The notes beneath the pieces are model-generated. The model saw only the letters and a program-made list of their open reading frames with translations, did not search any database and had not been told where the DNA came from. The position numbers were made by a program, and so were the translations under genes. From the human T2T-CHM13v2.0 reference genome, Homo sapiens, in NCBI RefSeq assembly GCF_009914755.1, contig NC_060945.1: 64,000 nucleotides of DNA, one strand, 5' to 3'. Each line of letters opens with the position of its first letter. Within the stretch, counting starts at the first letter, position 1. Below are positions 43,301 to 58,509 of the stretch, piece by piece.

Positions 43301-44078
43301 TCGATTTCTTTCAAAAAATACTGAAGAAAACACTCTCTATTCCAATAAAATAATTTTTAAAAATCATTTCTCTCTTAAACTAGTGTATTTTTAAAGAAGA
43401 ATTTAAATAAAAAGCAAGGCAAGCATTTCTACCCTTGTATATGACTACAATTCAAAAGCTTCGACAAAGTTGAAATTTTCTTATTGTCATTTGTCAGAAT
43501 ATATCTTGCAAAACAGATTTATTAGTATTTACCATCCATACGTTTAATTCTGTGTGAGAGTATGTATGTACTTTGGCAGTGCGGTGGAGTATTTGCATGC
43601 TTTAGGAATTTTTGAAAGGAAGCCCCAGGAAGCAGGATAGTTGATTTCCTTGACATAATCAGCTAAATGCCCATCATCAGCCACTTGTCTATAGATAAAG
43701 TAAGGAACCTAAGTGTGTTTTGAAGAGCATTAGAAGGGGGGAGGTACCTATCTATATTTCAATCCATATTTTTCACTGTCATATAATCCAACCCCACAAA
43801 CATATTCAATTGGTTTAATATCCATGGAGATATTTTCATAGTTCTACAACCATCCTTTGTCTTGTTCACATTTGAATTAAGCGTTTTCCTGAGTAAATTT
43901 CAAGGATAGAGTTTGAGAAATTTCAGGAACTCCTTTAGAACTGCCAAATAGAAAGTTTCTCATGTAGACAAATCATTTTTTACAATAATACAATACAGTA
44001 ATAAGAAAGAAAAATCACATAAATTACTAAAATCTATAATATCTATAATAGTAGAAAACTTGATGGTTACGAAGCAAC

Positions 44079-44379
44079 TTTTTTTTTTTTTTTTTTTGAG
44101 ACGGAGTCTCACTCTATCACCCAGACTGGAGTGTAGTGGCGCAATCTCAACTCACTGCAAACTCCGCCTCCCAGGTTCATGCCATTCTCCTGCCTCAGCC
44201 TCCTGAGTAGCTGGGACTGCAGGCGCCTGCCACCACTCTCAGCTAATTTTTTGTATTTTTTTGTAGAGATGGGGTTTTACCATGTTAGCCAGGATGGTTT
44301 TGACCTCCTGACCTCGTGATCCACCCGCCTTGGCCTCCCAAAGTGCTGGGATTACAGTCATGAGTCACCGCGCACGGCC
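44079..44379 (-). mobile_element. AluY
   Basis: Poly-T, ggttcatgccattctcc, ttagccaggatggt and ctcgtgatcc; full length to ...gcacggcc. Confidence 0.93.
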
Positions 44380-45806
44380 AGCGTTTTTGAAATTAATTCA
44401 AATTTCTGAAAATCTGACCAAATGAATATTTTTCTTTCTTATATATTATACGTGTTATATACTATATATATTTAAAATGCCAGTTTGAATAATTGGCTTC
44501 TTTGCATTAGATAGACATTTAAAATAAAAAAAAGAAATTGATTAAGATAAGTAAATAAACCAGTCTTTCCGATAACGCTACAAATTTATTCTAAGTTTTA
44601 CTCAGAATAACAAATACTATTTTAAATTTGCCATACCCTTAAGCATATATAATCAATAAGTTTCTTTAAATAATTGTTATTTGTAAGAATATATCTTGCA
44701 AAACAGATTTTCAAAGTTGAAATTTCTAAGGCATGCAACTAGAAAATGTTTGAGGAAAACATAAGAAAATTATGCCTTGTTTCTCAAACATTTTCTAGTT
44801 GTTGGTTTTAGTGGGAAGTTTCATATCACATATAAAGAACTTCCTTAAAAAATAAAAAATATGCCATAACTTTGGAATCATATAATATACCCCACTTACT
44901 AACTTGAGACACATGTTTTAAAATTATATTTAGAGAAAAGAGACTTTCAATGACAATTTGATTGTGAACACAGAATTATAATCGAAACTTGGTAGCACTA
45001 TGTGGCTTTTTTTCCAGACACAATAGGTAGGGTTTTGATTTGATCACATCTCCAGGAATTCAGTGTGGCTCACACTGAAATTGTTGTGGTTCACACAAGA
45101 TTGTTGAGCACAATCTTGGATTACACTCATTGAAACCTAGAAGGGGAAATGACCAACAAGAGATTTAACAGAAAGCATACTTTGCCATATGGCTTCTAAC
45201 TGTTTGCTCTTTGAAGCTCAGTGAGAGAGATCTGAGATACCACAGCAATGTTTTTCCTTTGTCATGAAAGATTTGTCTAGGAAGACAGCAGAAGCCATGA
45301 ATTTGACATGCTAGTCAAAATACAAGAAGTTTAAGGCAACAGATGAAAAAGCAGAGGGCCTGCAGCTGTTTCAAATGAGTTCCCATGGTGCTGAGCTTCT
45401 TTCGAAGAGGGCCCTATCTCAGAATAAAGCCACAAGAGTTCTTCCTACCACTAAACAGCCCTGTAGGTTAAAACCCATGACAGCCATTCTATTGACTTAA
45501 ATTTTGATAGATCCTTATTTAAGCATCGAAGTTTAGTCAGTAATCTTTTGCATAAATGGGATATAATTAGTGATGTATGAAAATTCACTAAATAAGCTTT
45601 CCTTCTTTGGCTTATGATCCTCAGAATTAATCAATAATCTTTTGCATTTTTTGTTCTAACTCTGGGAATTTTCATGCTATTCTGAACCTTGGATGTTTAA
45701 AATGCATAATAAAATACATGAAGTCCAACCTCTCCTCAATTAAAATCTAATAAGCTTTGAAAACTCTATTTTGAGGTATCACTAGAGATCATATTTTACA
45801 AAAGAT

Positions 45807-46541
45807 TGTATTATTCTGTTCTCACCCTGCTATGAAGAAATACCCAAGGCTGGTAATTTATAAAGAAAAGAGGTTTAATTGACTCACATTTCTGCATGGC
45901 TGGCAGCGGGGTGGGGGGTCCTCAGGAAACTTACAATCATGGCGGAAGGCACCTCTTTACAGGGTTGCAGGAGATAGAATGAGTGCCAGGAGGGGAAATG
46001 CTGGATGCTCCTATGATGTGGTTTGACTGTGTCCCCACCAAAATCTCATGTTGAATTTTAGCTCCCATAACCTCCATGTGTCATGGGAGGTACCCAGTGG
46101 GAGGTAATTGAATTGTGGGGCCTGGCCTTTCCTGTCCTGTTCTCGAAATAGTGAATAAGTCTCACAAGATCTGATGGTTTTATAAAGAGGAGATTCCCTG
46201 CATGTGCTTTCTTGCCTGCCACCATGTAAGACGTACCATTGCTTCTCCTTTGCCTTCCGCTATGATTGTGAGGCCTCCCCAGCCATGCTGAACTGTGAGT
46301 CTGTTAAGCCTCTTTCCTTCATAAATTACCCAGTCTCAGGTATGTCTTTATTAGCAGTGTGAGAACAGACTAATACACTTATAAAGCCATCAGATCTCGT
46401 GAGAACTCACTATCACAAGAACAACTGGGAGAAACCTCCCCTATGATTCAATTACCTCCACTGGGTTCTTCTCACATGGGGGTGTTATGAGGATTACAAT
46501 TCAAGTTGAGATTTCGGTGGGGACATAGCCAAACGATATCA
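45807..46541 (-). mobile_element. THE1C-like solo LTR (outer, interrupted)
   Basis: tgtatta...ttaattgactcac...gaaggcacctctt...gatgct|...|ataaagccatcagatctcgtgag...ccaaacgatatca. Confidence 0.88.
46014..46377 (+). mobile_element. THE1-type solo LTR nested in the opposite orientation within another THE1 LTR
   Basis: tgatgtggtttgactgtgtcccc...gagaacagactaataca; imperfect TSD cctat/cttat. Confidence 0.9.
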
Positions 46542-46663
46542 CCCATAGATCACCTTTTTTTTATTCATGAGTTAATTATTTTGAGAAAAGAATCTTAGTA
46601 TATTCCTAAAATTTAGAGAAAGACTTATGTCTAAAAGAATGTCCATTAGAAAATTGTCACTGG

Positions 46664-46983
46664 GGCCAGGTGTGGTGGGTTATGTCTGTAATCCCAGCAC
46701 TTTGGGAGCCCAAGGTGGGTGGATCACTTGAGGTCAGGAGTTGGAGACCAGCCCAACCAACATGGTGAAACCCCGTCTCCACTAAAAACACAAGTGTGTT
46801 GGCAGTGTGGTGTGTTATAGGTGTGGTGGCAGACACCTGTAATCCCAGCTACTCTGGAGGCTAAGGCAGGAGAATCGCTTGAACCTGGGGCCATAGGTTG
46901 CAGTGAGCCGAGATCACGCTACTGTACTCCAGCCTGGGTGACGGAGTGAAACTCCATCTCAAAAAAAAAAAAAAGAAAAGAAA
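46664..46983 (+). mobile_element. AluS with an aberrant central linker
   Basis: Full Alu; TSD agaaaattgtcactgg / agaaacttgacactgg at 46648-46663 and 46984-46999. Confidence 0.92.
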
Positions 46984-49844
46984 AGAAACTTGACACTGGT
47001 TGGTTTGTTTTGTTTTGTTTGGAGCATTGAAACAATTGTCTTCCAACTATTAATCCATCATAGCAAGGTTAAAATGTTAATGCAACTATTATATTTAAAA
47101 ATTAGCATCCTGATGAAATTATAAACTTGACCACATTGCAATAGCACCAACAATGGATTACTCATCACACATAATGACCCATTTCAAATTTAAATGATAT
47201 TATTTAGTGCAATTGAATTAGAATGATCAAATTTCTATCTAGAGGACATATGTGATGACTTTATAGTAAATTGCCATAAAGACAGTAGGCAGTGACATGA
47301 GAAGAGGTCAAACAATTTAAAGTCCAAAAGATATAGGAACTAAAGATGACTTTGCACCCAAACTTCTTTCTATTTTCTTTTTACCTGCTCTTCATGCAAT
47401 ATATAGGAACAACTTAGGGTTGTAATGCAGTGCCTGGGAGTTCCTTTATATCACATTTAGTTGCTATGAGAGTTCCTGGATGAGAAAATCAGGGACAATC
47501 CAAACGGAGTGGACATGGAGCAGAGGCAGAGAACAGCACATCACAGTGAGAAGGGAATAAAGAAGAATAAAGTCAATGCAAATTTGGCACTTTCCAACCA
47601 TTTGTTTCTCCTTGTGACTTTTAAAAATCTTTTGCTAGGCTATCTTTAAGCTATAATTCGTAGTCTCAACAGAAGGCACAGAGTGAGTAGTATCCAGACC
47701 ACTACAACTCAAGGAAAGAAGACCTTTCTTTAATGGATAGCAATTTAAGACTACAAGAGTTCACCGTTTTTACCATCCTTGGAACAATATGTGTGCCCTA
47801 GGGAGAGATAATTACTTTTAAGAACTTCAAATCTAGCACCTTTCACCAACTTAATTCTTTGAAAATGTTAGAAAAACATGACTTTTTTTCCTCAAACTTG
47901 TTCTGAACTGACTTCAATGTTCCCACCCAGGGAGCAATTCAGGAAAGATTCTTCTTGCCAACCTTTCATGGCTAAATTTCTCAAGCATGACCTAGGTTAG
48001 AGTAAAGTTGCTTCAGTCTTGGGATGATTGCCCTTTTTCCATTTATCGGTTTTACATTTTTGTTTCATCTCTGCAGGAAAGCATTTGTGTGGCTGGGGGA
48101 TGAGGAAGTGTGCTTTTTGTGGGATTGCATGGTCTCCTAAACTATGATTTTGTCACTTTAAGATGAAAATGCTGACAGCTAGGGTGGAGAGTCAAAGAAA
48201 TAAAATTAACGCCCTTGTCTGGTGTTCAAAGTAATGATTTCATATGAGTGTTACAATGATTGTTCCATACTAGGATAAAGACTCATGCTGATGAATGACT
48301 TAATAACCTATGGTAACTATGTGAAGTTGTTTTATTAAAGATGGTGGCCTACTGATCTCTGTCTCTTCTGAAAACAAAATGAGGATAAAGAAGTACAAAC
48401 TATACCCACAGCAAGAGAGATATAACAGATATTCTGGATTTTCTAATTACAGTAGTTGTTATGAAAGAAATCAATTTCTAAAAAATTGTAAGTGATCTCT
48501 AGTAAGAAATCAGTCTCCCTTAGTGAAATAAAAATATACCTGAAAGTGGCTTCCCCCCGCACCCCCACCCCCGGCCCAATGGTAGCTGGCATGCTTCATG
48601 GGACCCAAGCCTATGACATTAAAATTGACCTCCATTGCATTAAGGGAAAAAGACTCTTCTTCCACTTGTTTGTGTATATAAGGACCTTGAGTTCCCCACA
48701 TTTATTTCAGAGTCAAGAAGCAAAAGATTAAGCACTGGACATTAGTTAAATAATGTAATGATTTTCAATAAAATTCACAGGTTACCCCAACAATCATGGG
48801 TTAACTGTGTCCTATAAGAGCATAGTAAAATCTACAATCTTTTCATTATATTTGGTAGCAAAGCATACTGCACGGCTATAACTTCTTCTCTGCCCTTGCT
48901 CAGCTACTTCCTCTCCTCCAGTTCCCCTTTGCCATCCATGACCAGCCATGCACATGCATGAACAGTCAGAGGAGGAACAGGGATGCTCTTCAGGAACCGT
49001 TATGAGAGCCCCTGAGTGTCTGAGAAATGCAATTGCCTCCACTGCACTCCAACTCCTACCAATAGCTCCTTTCCCCATTCTTTTTTGGAGGAAAAGCTAG
49101 GTTCCTAACTCCACTTCAATCAGTCACAACTCACTTCATCACATGTGTCCTGGATGAAGTTATAAAATCAGATATCCAATGAAGAGAAATGGTGCAGGTA
49201 TTAACTTTGGGCTGATTTCCGGTGGTATATTCTCAGATTCTTGCCTCATTTCCTCTACTGTTTTGTCATAGAATGTTAAGGGTTTTCTAGAGACAATAAA
49301 GCTGAAAGCAATAGAAAGAAATCTTGGCTGGAAAATGAAAAGAAAATAATCCTTCAATATTAAGATCCTTTAAAAGGAGATGAAGGAATTACATTAAATG
49401 GCAATTACAGTGCAGTAAGGAAATGACTCCAAGGCTGGTAAGCTCATCATGATTTTGGGGGAGAATTCATAGTAGAACAGGAAAAGGCAAAGCTTTGGAA
49501 CCAGAACAGAGCCCCCAATGCATTTGTGCCTGAGGGATGTCACTGGGGCAAAGGCCATTCATGTAGAGGTCTGTGAGAAGGCCATCACTGAGGCCTCTCC
49601 TGTCTCCAGTGGCCCTACCTTTCCAGTGTGACCCAATTCTCAAGACATCTAAGAATTATTATCATGGCCTATGAACATCTGACTAGATGTTTAATTTACT
49701 CAGTGGCTCCCATGAACCTCACAAGACCTCACAGTTGGGGTGCTAAGAAATGTTGGGAATGGAGGAAAAAAAAGTTATCATTTTTAGTTACTTGATAAAA
49801 GTTAATCACAATTCAGTTGGTAAATTCTCAATCATCATTGTTCA

Positions 49845-50229
<385 letters not shown>

Positions 50230-50257
50230 TTATTTATAGGTTTAATTTATTACTTGA

Positions 50258-50535
50258 GTCTTCTCTTCCTTTGCTTCCCTTTCCTTTTCCTCCCTTCCTT
50301 CCTCCCTCCCTCCCTTCCTTCCTCCCTCCACCCTTCCTCCTTCCTTTCTTTCTCCCTCCCTCCCTCCCTCCTCCTTCTTCCTTCCTTCCTCCCTCCCTTT
50401 TTCTTCTCCTTCTCCTTCTCTTCCTCCTCTTCTTCTTCCTCCTCCTCCTCTTCCTCTTCTTCTCCTTCCTTCCTTCCTCTGTCCTTTCTCTCTCTTTCTC
50501 TCACTCTTCCTTTTTTTCTTTCTTTGTCTGTCCCC
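50258..50535. repeat. Long polypyrimidine low-complexity tract (CCTT/CCT/CTT/CT)
   Basis: About 270 nt, almost purely C/T. Confidence 0.95.
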
Positions 50536-50774
50536 CTGACTTTAGAGAAAAGAAACTGTATCATCTACGGTTGTGTTCTGTCATAAGAATTTGATAAATA
50601 TTTGTTGGGCTGAATGAAACTGAAGGTTGTAGAAGTCACTCTTAGATTCTTGGAAATATAGTTGCTCAACTGTAAAATAGTCATACTATCTTTTTCTTAG
50701 GGTTGCTGGACTAATTTTAATAATTTGCCATATATGTCTGGTAAATTTCATGCCCTCAGCTAAATGGTTGTTGA

Positions 50775-51120
<346 letters not shown>

Positions 51121-53179
51121 AATATCTGTATTATTATCACTACTACTAATAATAATTGAGCTCCTAGGTGGGCCTGGGGTAAACTTTATCTGCTGAAGGC
51201 TTGAAGTGATTGTGTTTGTCCTCCAAATACAGTCTAAATGATTTCAGTAAAGCAGATACCACTTCTTTTTTGCATTTTTTTTCTGTTCCAATTATGTTCT
51301 TGGTTATGCTTTGTCTGCCTTTTACTTCTTATAATTTTTTTTCAAGTTTTCTTAAGATGACTTCTCTCATTCTAATGGTTTTAATATTAAATTTCTAAAT
51401 CTGGTTTTAAAATGAAGCAGGATTACAAAACAGAGAAGAGAACATGTTTGCAGATTAAGCTGGTATTAGATTAATAAATAAAAACTTTTTAACATGGGAA
51501 TGCCACAATTTTGTGGCAGCTGGGGACAAATGTTTCTAGTGTTTTTTGTGGCAGGGAAATGCAATCAGTTCATATGGAAGATGAATTTAGTTTTTGGATG
51601 TTCCTCCTTGTAATTAATAATAAATCCTGGTAAAAATAATGAGAGGAAAACACGAAACAGAAGAAAAGAATCTCCAATCTGTGACTGGAGTGTAACTGTT
51701 TGGATAATAATTATTGCCACATTTTTTGTATCATTACGAAAGTAAAATATCAGACCAACATTCACATTGTTTTATAAAAGAAAAACAGGAACATCATTTT
51801 GTTCCTGATACTTGGCACTGACATTTCTACATATTATTAGAAGTAGCATTTGTCCCTTTACTGTAATGTTCTGTTTTGAACAGATTGATTTTGACATTCT
51901 AACAAATAACCAACATGTAGGCAATTGAATATTTTGATTTTTTCCCAAAGAATTAGTTAAAACTTACATATACCTTTGAAGAGTCATCAACTTTTAGGTA
52001 GCATTTAATTAAAGCAATGAGACCAGATGAAATTACTTAGGGAATAAACAGAAATGCATAGACATTTTTGTTTGTTCTTAGTTGCCAATCATTGAAAAAA
52101 TGATAAATTATCAGGCAAGGTAACTGGTGATCAGTTTCATTATCAAAGAGGAATAAACAACTATAGAAACCAAAGGGAAATTGTCATATGAAAGTAAAAA
52201 TCCTTTTGGGATTAGATAGAGGGCACTGGTCTAGTAAGATAAAGCAACCACTCAAAATGTTAGAGGTGATTTGAAAGCTTGGTATCCCTTGCTGAAGCCA
52301 AATTTACATATACAGTTGATTTTACTATTTATTGAAGTTTACTTTCCCAGGAGAAAAAAGAAAAAAAAATGAATTTTTCATTTTCTGTTCTTCTTAAATT
52401 AGGCAAATTCTGAATAGATTTATATTTTACTAGCTCACATTCTACTTAAAATGAACAAGTACAAATATATAACTTTATAACCCTATTTTCTGACTTTCTA
52501 CTCTAGTCTGGCTTTCTCCTCATGCTGACTGCTTCCAGATTAATAATCTCAGAGCAATTCCAGAAGTGCAGGGGAGTCACATTCTCTATTTAATGTGCAG
52601 CAAAATGCCAATAGACTCTATTTGCCTAAATAACCAAAAAGATATCTATAAATATGCATGCATAAAAATCCTATAAAAAATAAAAGTGTTAAAGAAGTAA
52701 GTCCAATCAATTGTAAAAGTGTTTGCTGTCGTTGTTTTGAAGAGTTTCTTTCTTAGGTCTTTGGAACTATTTCACTTTGTATGGGAAGACAGCCTGATTT
52801 TTCATTAGTAGAAATAGTAGTGGTATAAAAACAGTAGTAATAGAAAAGATAGCGTATGTAAATATACTATTTCCGAGTTTAAGAATTGGTGAAGTAGGTT
52901 AAGAAACACAGCCATGAATCTTTCAGGGGTCATGGCACAGAGCAAAGATAAGCATAGAGTAATATGGAGGTGTTGTCTTGACTGAGCCTCTATCTAACTG
53001 AATACATGCTATTCAGGTCCTTCAAATCAATTTCTGCATGTTTATTTAATACATATAAGTTGCTGTGGTTGGAGTGGCTTACTGGATCACAATTCTCATC
53101 TCATTCCTTCAATTTAATATGGCTGAGCCTAAGAAGGGTCACTTCTTAAACTATGTTTATTTCACTTGGGAAACTAAAT

Positions 53180-53570
53180 TTGTACAATGTTTAGAGAATA
53201 TAGCTTTTCTCTGCTCCTCTCAGAAACTGAAGGTTTGTTCACTCACATTTTTGACAGTTGATGATCACTCTCTACTGAGAGTTTATCTGGGGCTACCAAG
53301 GAGAAAACCTACACATGGCCTCTGTGCTTTCTCACAAAATGGTAGCTGAGTTTCAGAGACAAATGTTCTGAGAAAGAAATAGTGATGGAAATAAAGGGAG
53401 AAGGAGAGAGAGAGAGAGAGAGAGTAGACAGAAGCCTTAGAAGTCATGCAACGTCACATCCACTGCATTCTATCCATCAAGCCAGCCGCAAATGCCACCA
53501 AAATGCAAGGGCATGAAAAATAGACTTTATGTCTTTATCAGAAGAGGCAGAATTCTGAAAAAGCATGTAG
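53180..53570 (-). mobile_element. Old MLT1 (F/G/H-like) LTR fragment
   Basis: cctacacatggcctc...ttctcacaaaatggtagctgagtt...ccttagaagtcatgcaacgtcacatccactgcattcta. Confidence 0.6.
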
Positions 53571-54069
53571 GCAATAGAATCTCTCATAATTGGTTTACTC
53601 GACATGCTGTCAGTATAGTTCCATGGAGGAATTTTGTTGTTGCTGTCCTTATTTTCTAAAGAGGTAAAGTTTTATCATGAAGAACAGAACTGATGAATGT
53701 GAAGGAAAGAAAGATAAAACAATTAATAAGCGTGTCCATATTTACATGTGTATTCAGGCTAAGTATGCGTTCCTTCAAAAGGCTCCTATTCACCGCTTGA
53801 AACTGCATGGGGAAATTGATTCATGGCTAAATATAAATAGCAGCTTCCATTTTAATATACAGTCTTCCTTGGGGTAACAGGAAATTGGCATGACTTCACA
53901 CATCAAATATTCTTTTTCCTCCCCTTCCTCCCTCTCCTCCCGCATCCCCTTCTCCTGCTTCTTCCTTTTTTCTCTTTTATAAAATAATTTTGCATTATCC
54001 TCCAAATAATAGTTATACCTCATCACACTCCGTGCCCACACTGTTTCTTCAGACTTTAGATTAAATCCA

Positions 54070-54965
54070 AAGACATAATGTAATGGCCAGTGATTGTCAA
54101 AGTGCAGAAAAGGTCTATCTAGGGAAGAATTCTCGATAGGAAGAAAATGTGGAACACTCTAATGGAAAGAGAGGAGAGTCAGACCTATTCTCACTCTCTT
54201 CCTTTTGGTGTGGACATATGGTAGGTGGACAGAGGGAACGATGCAAAACAAACACCAGCCCAGTGAGGAGGGAACTCAACGCTATTTGGGGAGCAGTTGT
54301 TGCTTTTTGTGGTATAGTTTAGAGAAATTTCAAGTAGTCATGTTTAGGTTTGGTTAGGAGAGATGACTAGATAGGTTATCTGGAGGGCTTTTCATGATCT
54401 TCACAGAATGAGTGGCACAGTAATTGGTGATATAAGATTCTATGTGCCCAGAATAAAGCACAGAAAACATGAGCAAGAAGAGGCCTCCAGGGGAGTCAGA
54501 GTTAAAAAGGCACAGTATTTAAAAATGTCACCACCAGTGGCAAATAGTTGAGTCCAAGGACTTCAGTAATGGGTATTGGAATGCTAACCACACAGCAGAT
54601 AGGGCCAGTCCTGCTTCACTAGTTGTGGGTTCAGGGACCAAACCAGAAAGTCCCTGCTTAGCAGAGACCAGCAAGATTCAGAAGACACCTCGTAGATCAG
54701 GGAACACTGCTATGGAGGTTCTCCCTTCCTGCACACATGTGGAGAGGAAGGGTGGAGGAGAAGAAAATCTAAACTCCTAAGCACTTGTACAAAGAAGACT
54801 GATACATCCAAAAGTATTATATAAACTGGAAGGGACTGTGATTCTATCAACTTCAGGTTGCAATTTAGGTTTTCCTGACCACTTATAAAGTACTGTTAAT
54901 GAGGATAATCAGATTGGTTGTAGTAAATTAAGAACAACAATATTTTGCCCATCTGAGTACATGCT
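54070..54965 (+). mobile_element. Possible ancient LTR (family uncertain)
   Basis: Purine-rich block starting tgtaatgg and ending ...tattttgcccatctgagt, reminiscent of old Gypsy/ERVL-type LTR ends. Weak evidence. Confidence 0.3.
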
Positions 54966-56043
54966 CACCTAGCAAATGTGTGAGCCTTCCCCATTAGAGA
55001 ATCTTGAAAGCCTTATCATGAAAGAACAAATTTAGCTGACGTAAAAGAACAGAATGTCTTCCCTTAGGAAATGGAGGTCCAAGGTATTCAAATGGCCTGC
55101 TTACAAGTAGCAGAATAGAAATCAGCATTCAGGATGCCTGGCATCCCGTTCAGTTTTCCCTGCCACACCATGTCCCACATGCAGTCAGGTCTGCTTGTTC
55201 TCTAATGGAAAGTCAACGGAGGAATGAGTTCAGATGGGAAGGGAGAGACCAGATTAAAGGTGTGAAAGCCCAGAACACTAATTGGCAAACGTCAGTTAAT
55301 TTTTAAATATAATGTCTTCATCATTAAACACTTACTCTTCTCAAACCATGTGAAATCATTAAAGGATGTTACTGAGTCAACAGAAAAAAAGACAAGGTCC
55401 ATCTTGGATCATTTCACTGTTGGAGACTAAGCAGAAGTGAAAATCTCCTCTAACAAAATTAGCCACTCAAATCATCTAAATGAGCTCAACAATGTTATAC
55501 TAGATTACCTTTCAGAGTAATTAGACCACCCATGCCTGTCAATTTAAGGAGGCTACTTTCTGGAATGTGTTGAACTTGACATCATTCCCAAACTGGTAGA
55601 AAATGGAATAATGAGAATTACAGTTTTGATATCTTTTGTTTAGCCAAGTATGCTTTCTTCCACTAAGTGATCATAGCATTTCTTAATATTATAGATACTT
55701 CATTTTCTTTGTTCAACCCATTTTGTAACATGCTATGTTACTTTATTATTTTGAAAATTGTAGAATTGTGTCTATTCTTCTTAGGCATATTGGTCAAGCT
55801 GTAATTTTTTTTGGTTTAGCATAATTAGAAGTCTGGTATAAAAAAGTGTTTTAAAAACTATTACCTAAAAAAGAAAGTATGGGGCAGTGTAGCTTATGAG
55901 TAGGAAATTTCATTTGTTTGTGTGCACAAGTAAATATTTTCATGGTGAAGTCAGATGCATTTGCATGACCAAAGCTCTATTTGCATGTACAAATATGGGT
56001 TTCAAGTACCCAATACAATTAAATTACACAAACACATATGCTA

Positions 56044-56728
<685 letters not shown>

Positions 56729-58180
56729 TAAAATACTCATCCCTCTACCCTTGCAACTTATAGAAGTAAAAAACAATTTTTTAACTTGAAGAAATACTTT
56801 TAAAAGGCAAATATCCCACAAAATATTTACTTTAATTACAACACAAGCATAACACAGTTTTTAAGAAAGATTTTCAATTCCTCTAAGAAAGTTATATAGA
56901 AACCTATTAAACAGCTACAATTTTAGGTGCCAAACTCACCATGCTATTCCTAGAGAGAAGTAATAATTTTTTTGAAAGGTGGAGAAATTCTCGAAGGCCA
57001 TGGGAATCAATTTTAGGTGGACCCCCGCCAGGCCTGTGACTCTATCAACCCTTAAGATCCGCTACTTTGCTGGAAAACTCTTCCTATTTTCTCAAATGTG
57101 GCATTACAGGCAGTAACCATTATTGAATACTCAGAAAGGAAAGTAAATCTTCAAGTGGGAATATTTTTAAAATATGCCTAAAATGTGAATTTTAGAAAAA
57201 TAACTTTCCTCTCTTACAACTTTTCCTCATTAGTAGTATCTTTCCAAAGTTACCTTGTAAGTTAAATTAAGGTTTAAAAGTGCTTTTATAGTAACTTGAT
57301 CATGTTTTAAGAGGTTCAAAAACAATTATTTTATTAAGGCCTTGGAAATAGTTTAATAAATTCATGCCTAAAATTTTTTTAAATTTTTCTTTATTTTTTT
57401 CCTAATAACATTTTCTGGGCTAAAGGACTTCTCTCAAGTTCACATTCAATGATGTATATTGTTTGAATAAGTATATTCAGAAGTCTTCCAAAACAAGCAA
57501 TTGTGAAAATTTAGTAAGGCTTACTTGGGCCCAAAGTATGATTTTCTTCAGAGTAGTTTCTTATTCTTTTAGACTGTAAGCAATGGACATTATATGTATT
57601 TGCATTTATACTATATAAAAATGTATTTATACTATATATATAAAATATTCACTATAACATACATAAACACAAATATAATGAACATTTTATTTATATGTAG
57701 TATAAATTCACTATCACTATATGTATTATACATACAGTAGTATAAATTCATTGATATCATTCTCTATGAAATACTAAAAATTCTATTCAGCACATCAGGC
57801 TCATTCACCAAAAAAATGATTTTGTCATCATGAATTTCATAGCATTCACTCTGTACTAGGAGAGAGAGAGGGGTTGGAAGTCATGGGACTTCCTTTTAGG
57901 ACACTGAAACCTAGTTGTGAAGAAACATGCACAAAATGATCTATTACTTCCAAAATGTTATATCAAGATCTTAAATTGTACATCCCAACAAATGTAAATA
58001 AGTGATCCGATGTGAACGGCACTTGAAAGGGTTGATGTGGAGTTCACTGTCATTGTCAGAGTAGCACAGACTGGCAGAAGAAGACTTCAGGTGTTTAGAT
58101 AGAAGGAATGATCTCAGCAAAGGAAGAGAGGAGATTAGAACTCCTCAGCAGAAGCCAAAAAGCAGTCAGAAGTTGCTATA

Positions 58181-58509
58181 AGCTCCCACTTATAAGGCAG
58201 AACATGTGGTATTTCGTTTGCTGTTCCTGTGTTAGTTTGCTAAGGACAATGGCCTCTAGCTCCATCCATGTCCCTGCAAAGGACATGATTTTACACAAGA
58301 ACACATAGAGGGGAAGAACACACACTGGGGCCTTTCTGAGGGTGAAGAGTGGGAGGAGGGAGAGGATCAGGACAAACAACTAATGGGTGCTAGGCTTAAT
58401 ACCTGGGCAATGAAATAATCGGTACAACAAATGCCCATGACCAGCTTTACCTATGTAACAAAGCTACGCTGGTACCCCTGAACTTAAAATAAAAGTAAAA
58501 AAAAAAAAA
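58181..58509 (+). mobile_element. Older L1PA (PA13-16-like) 3' fragment with 5' inversion (antisense 58181-58291; sense 58292-58509)
   Basis: Antisense IMSFAGTWMELEAIVLSKLTQEQ; sense 3' UTR ggagagga...taggcttaatacctggg...ccctgaacttaaaataaaag(A)n; TSD agaagttgctataagc / agaacttgccataagc. Confidence 0.9.
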
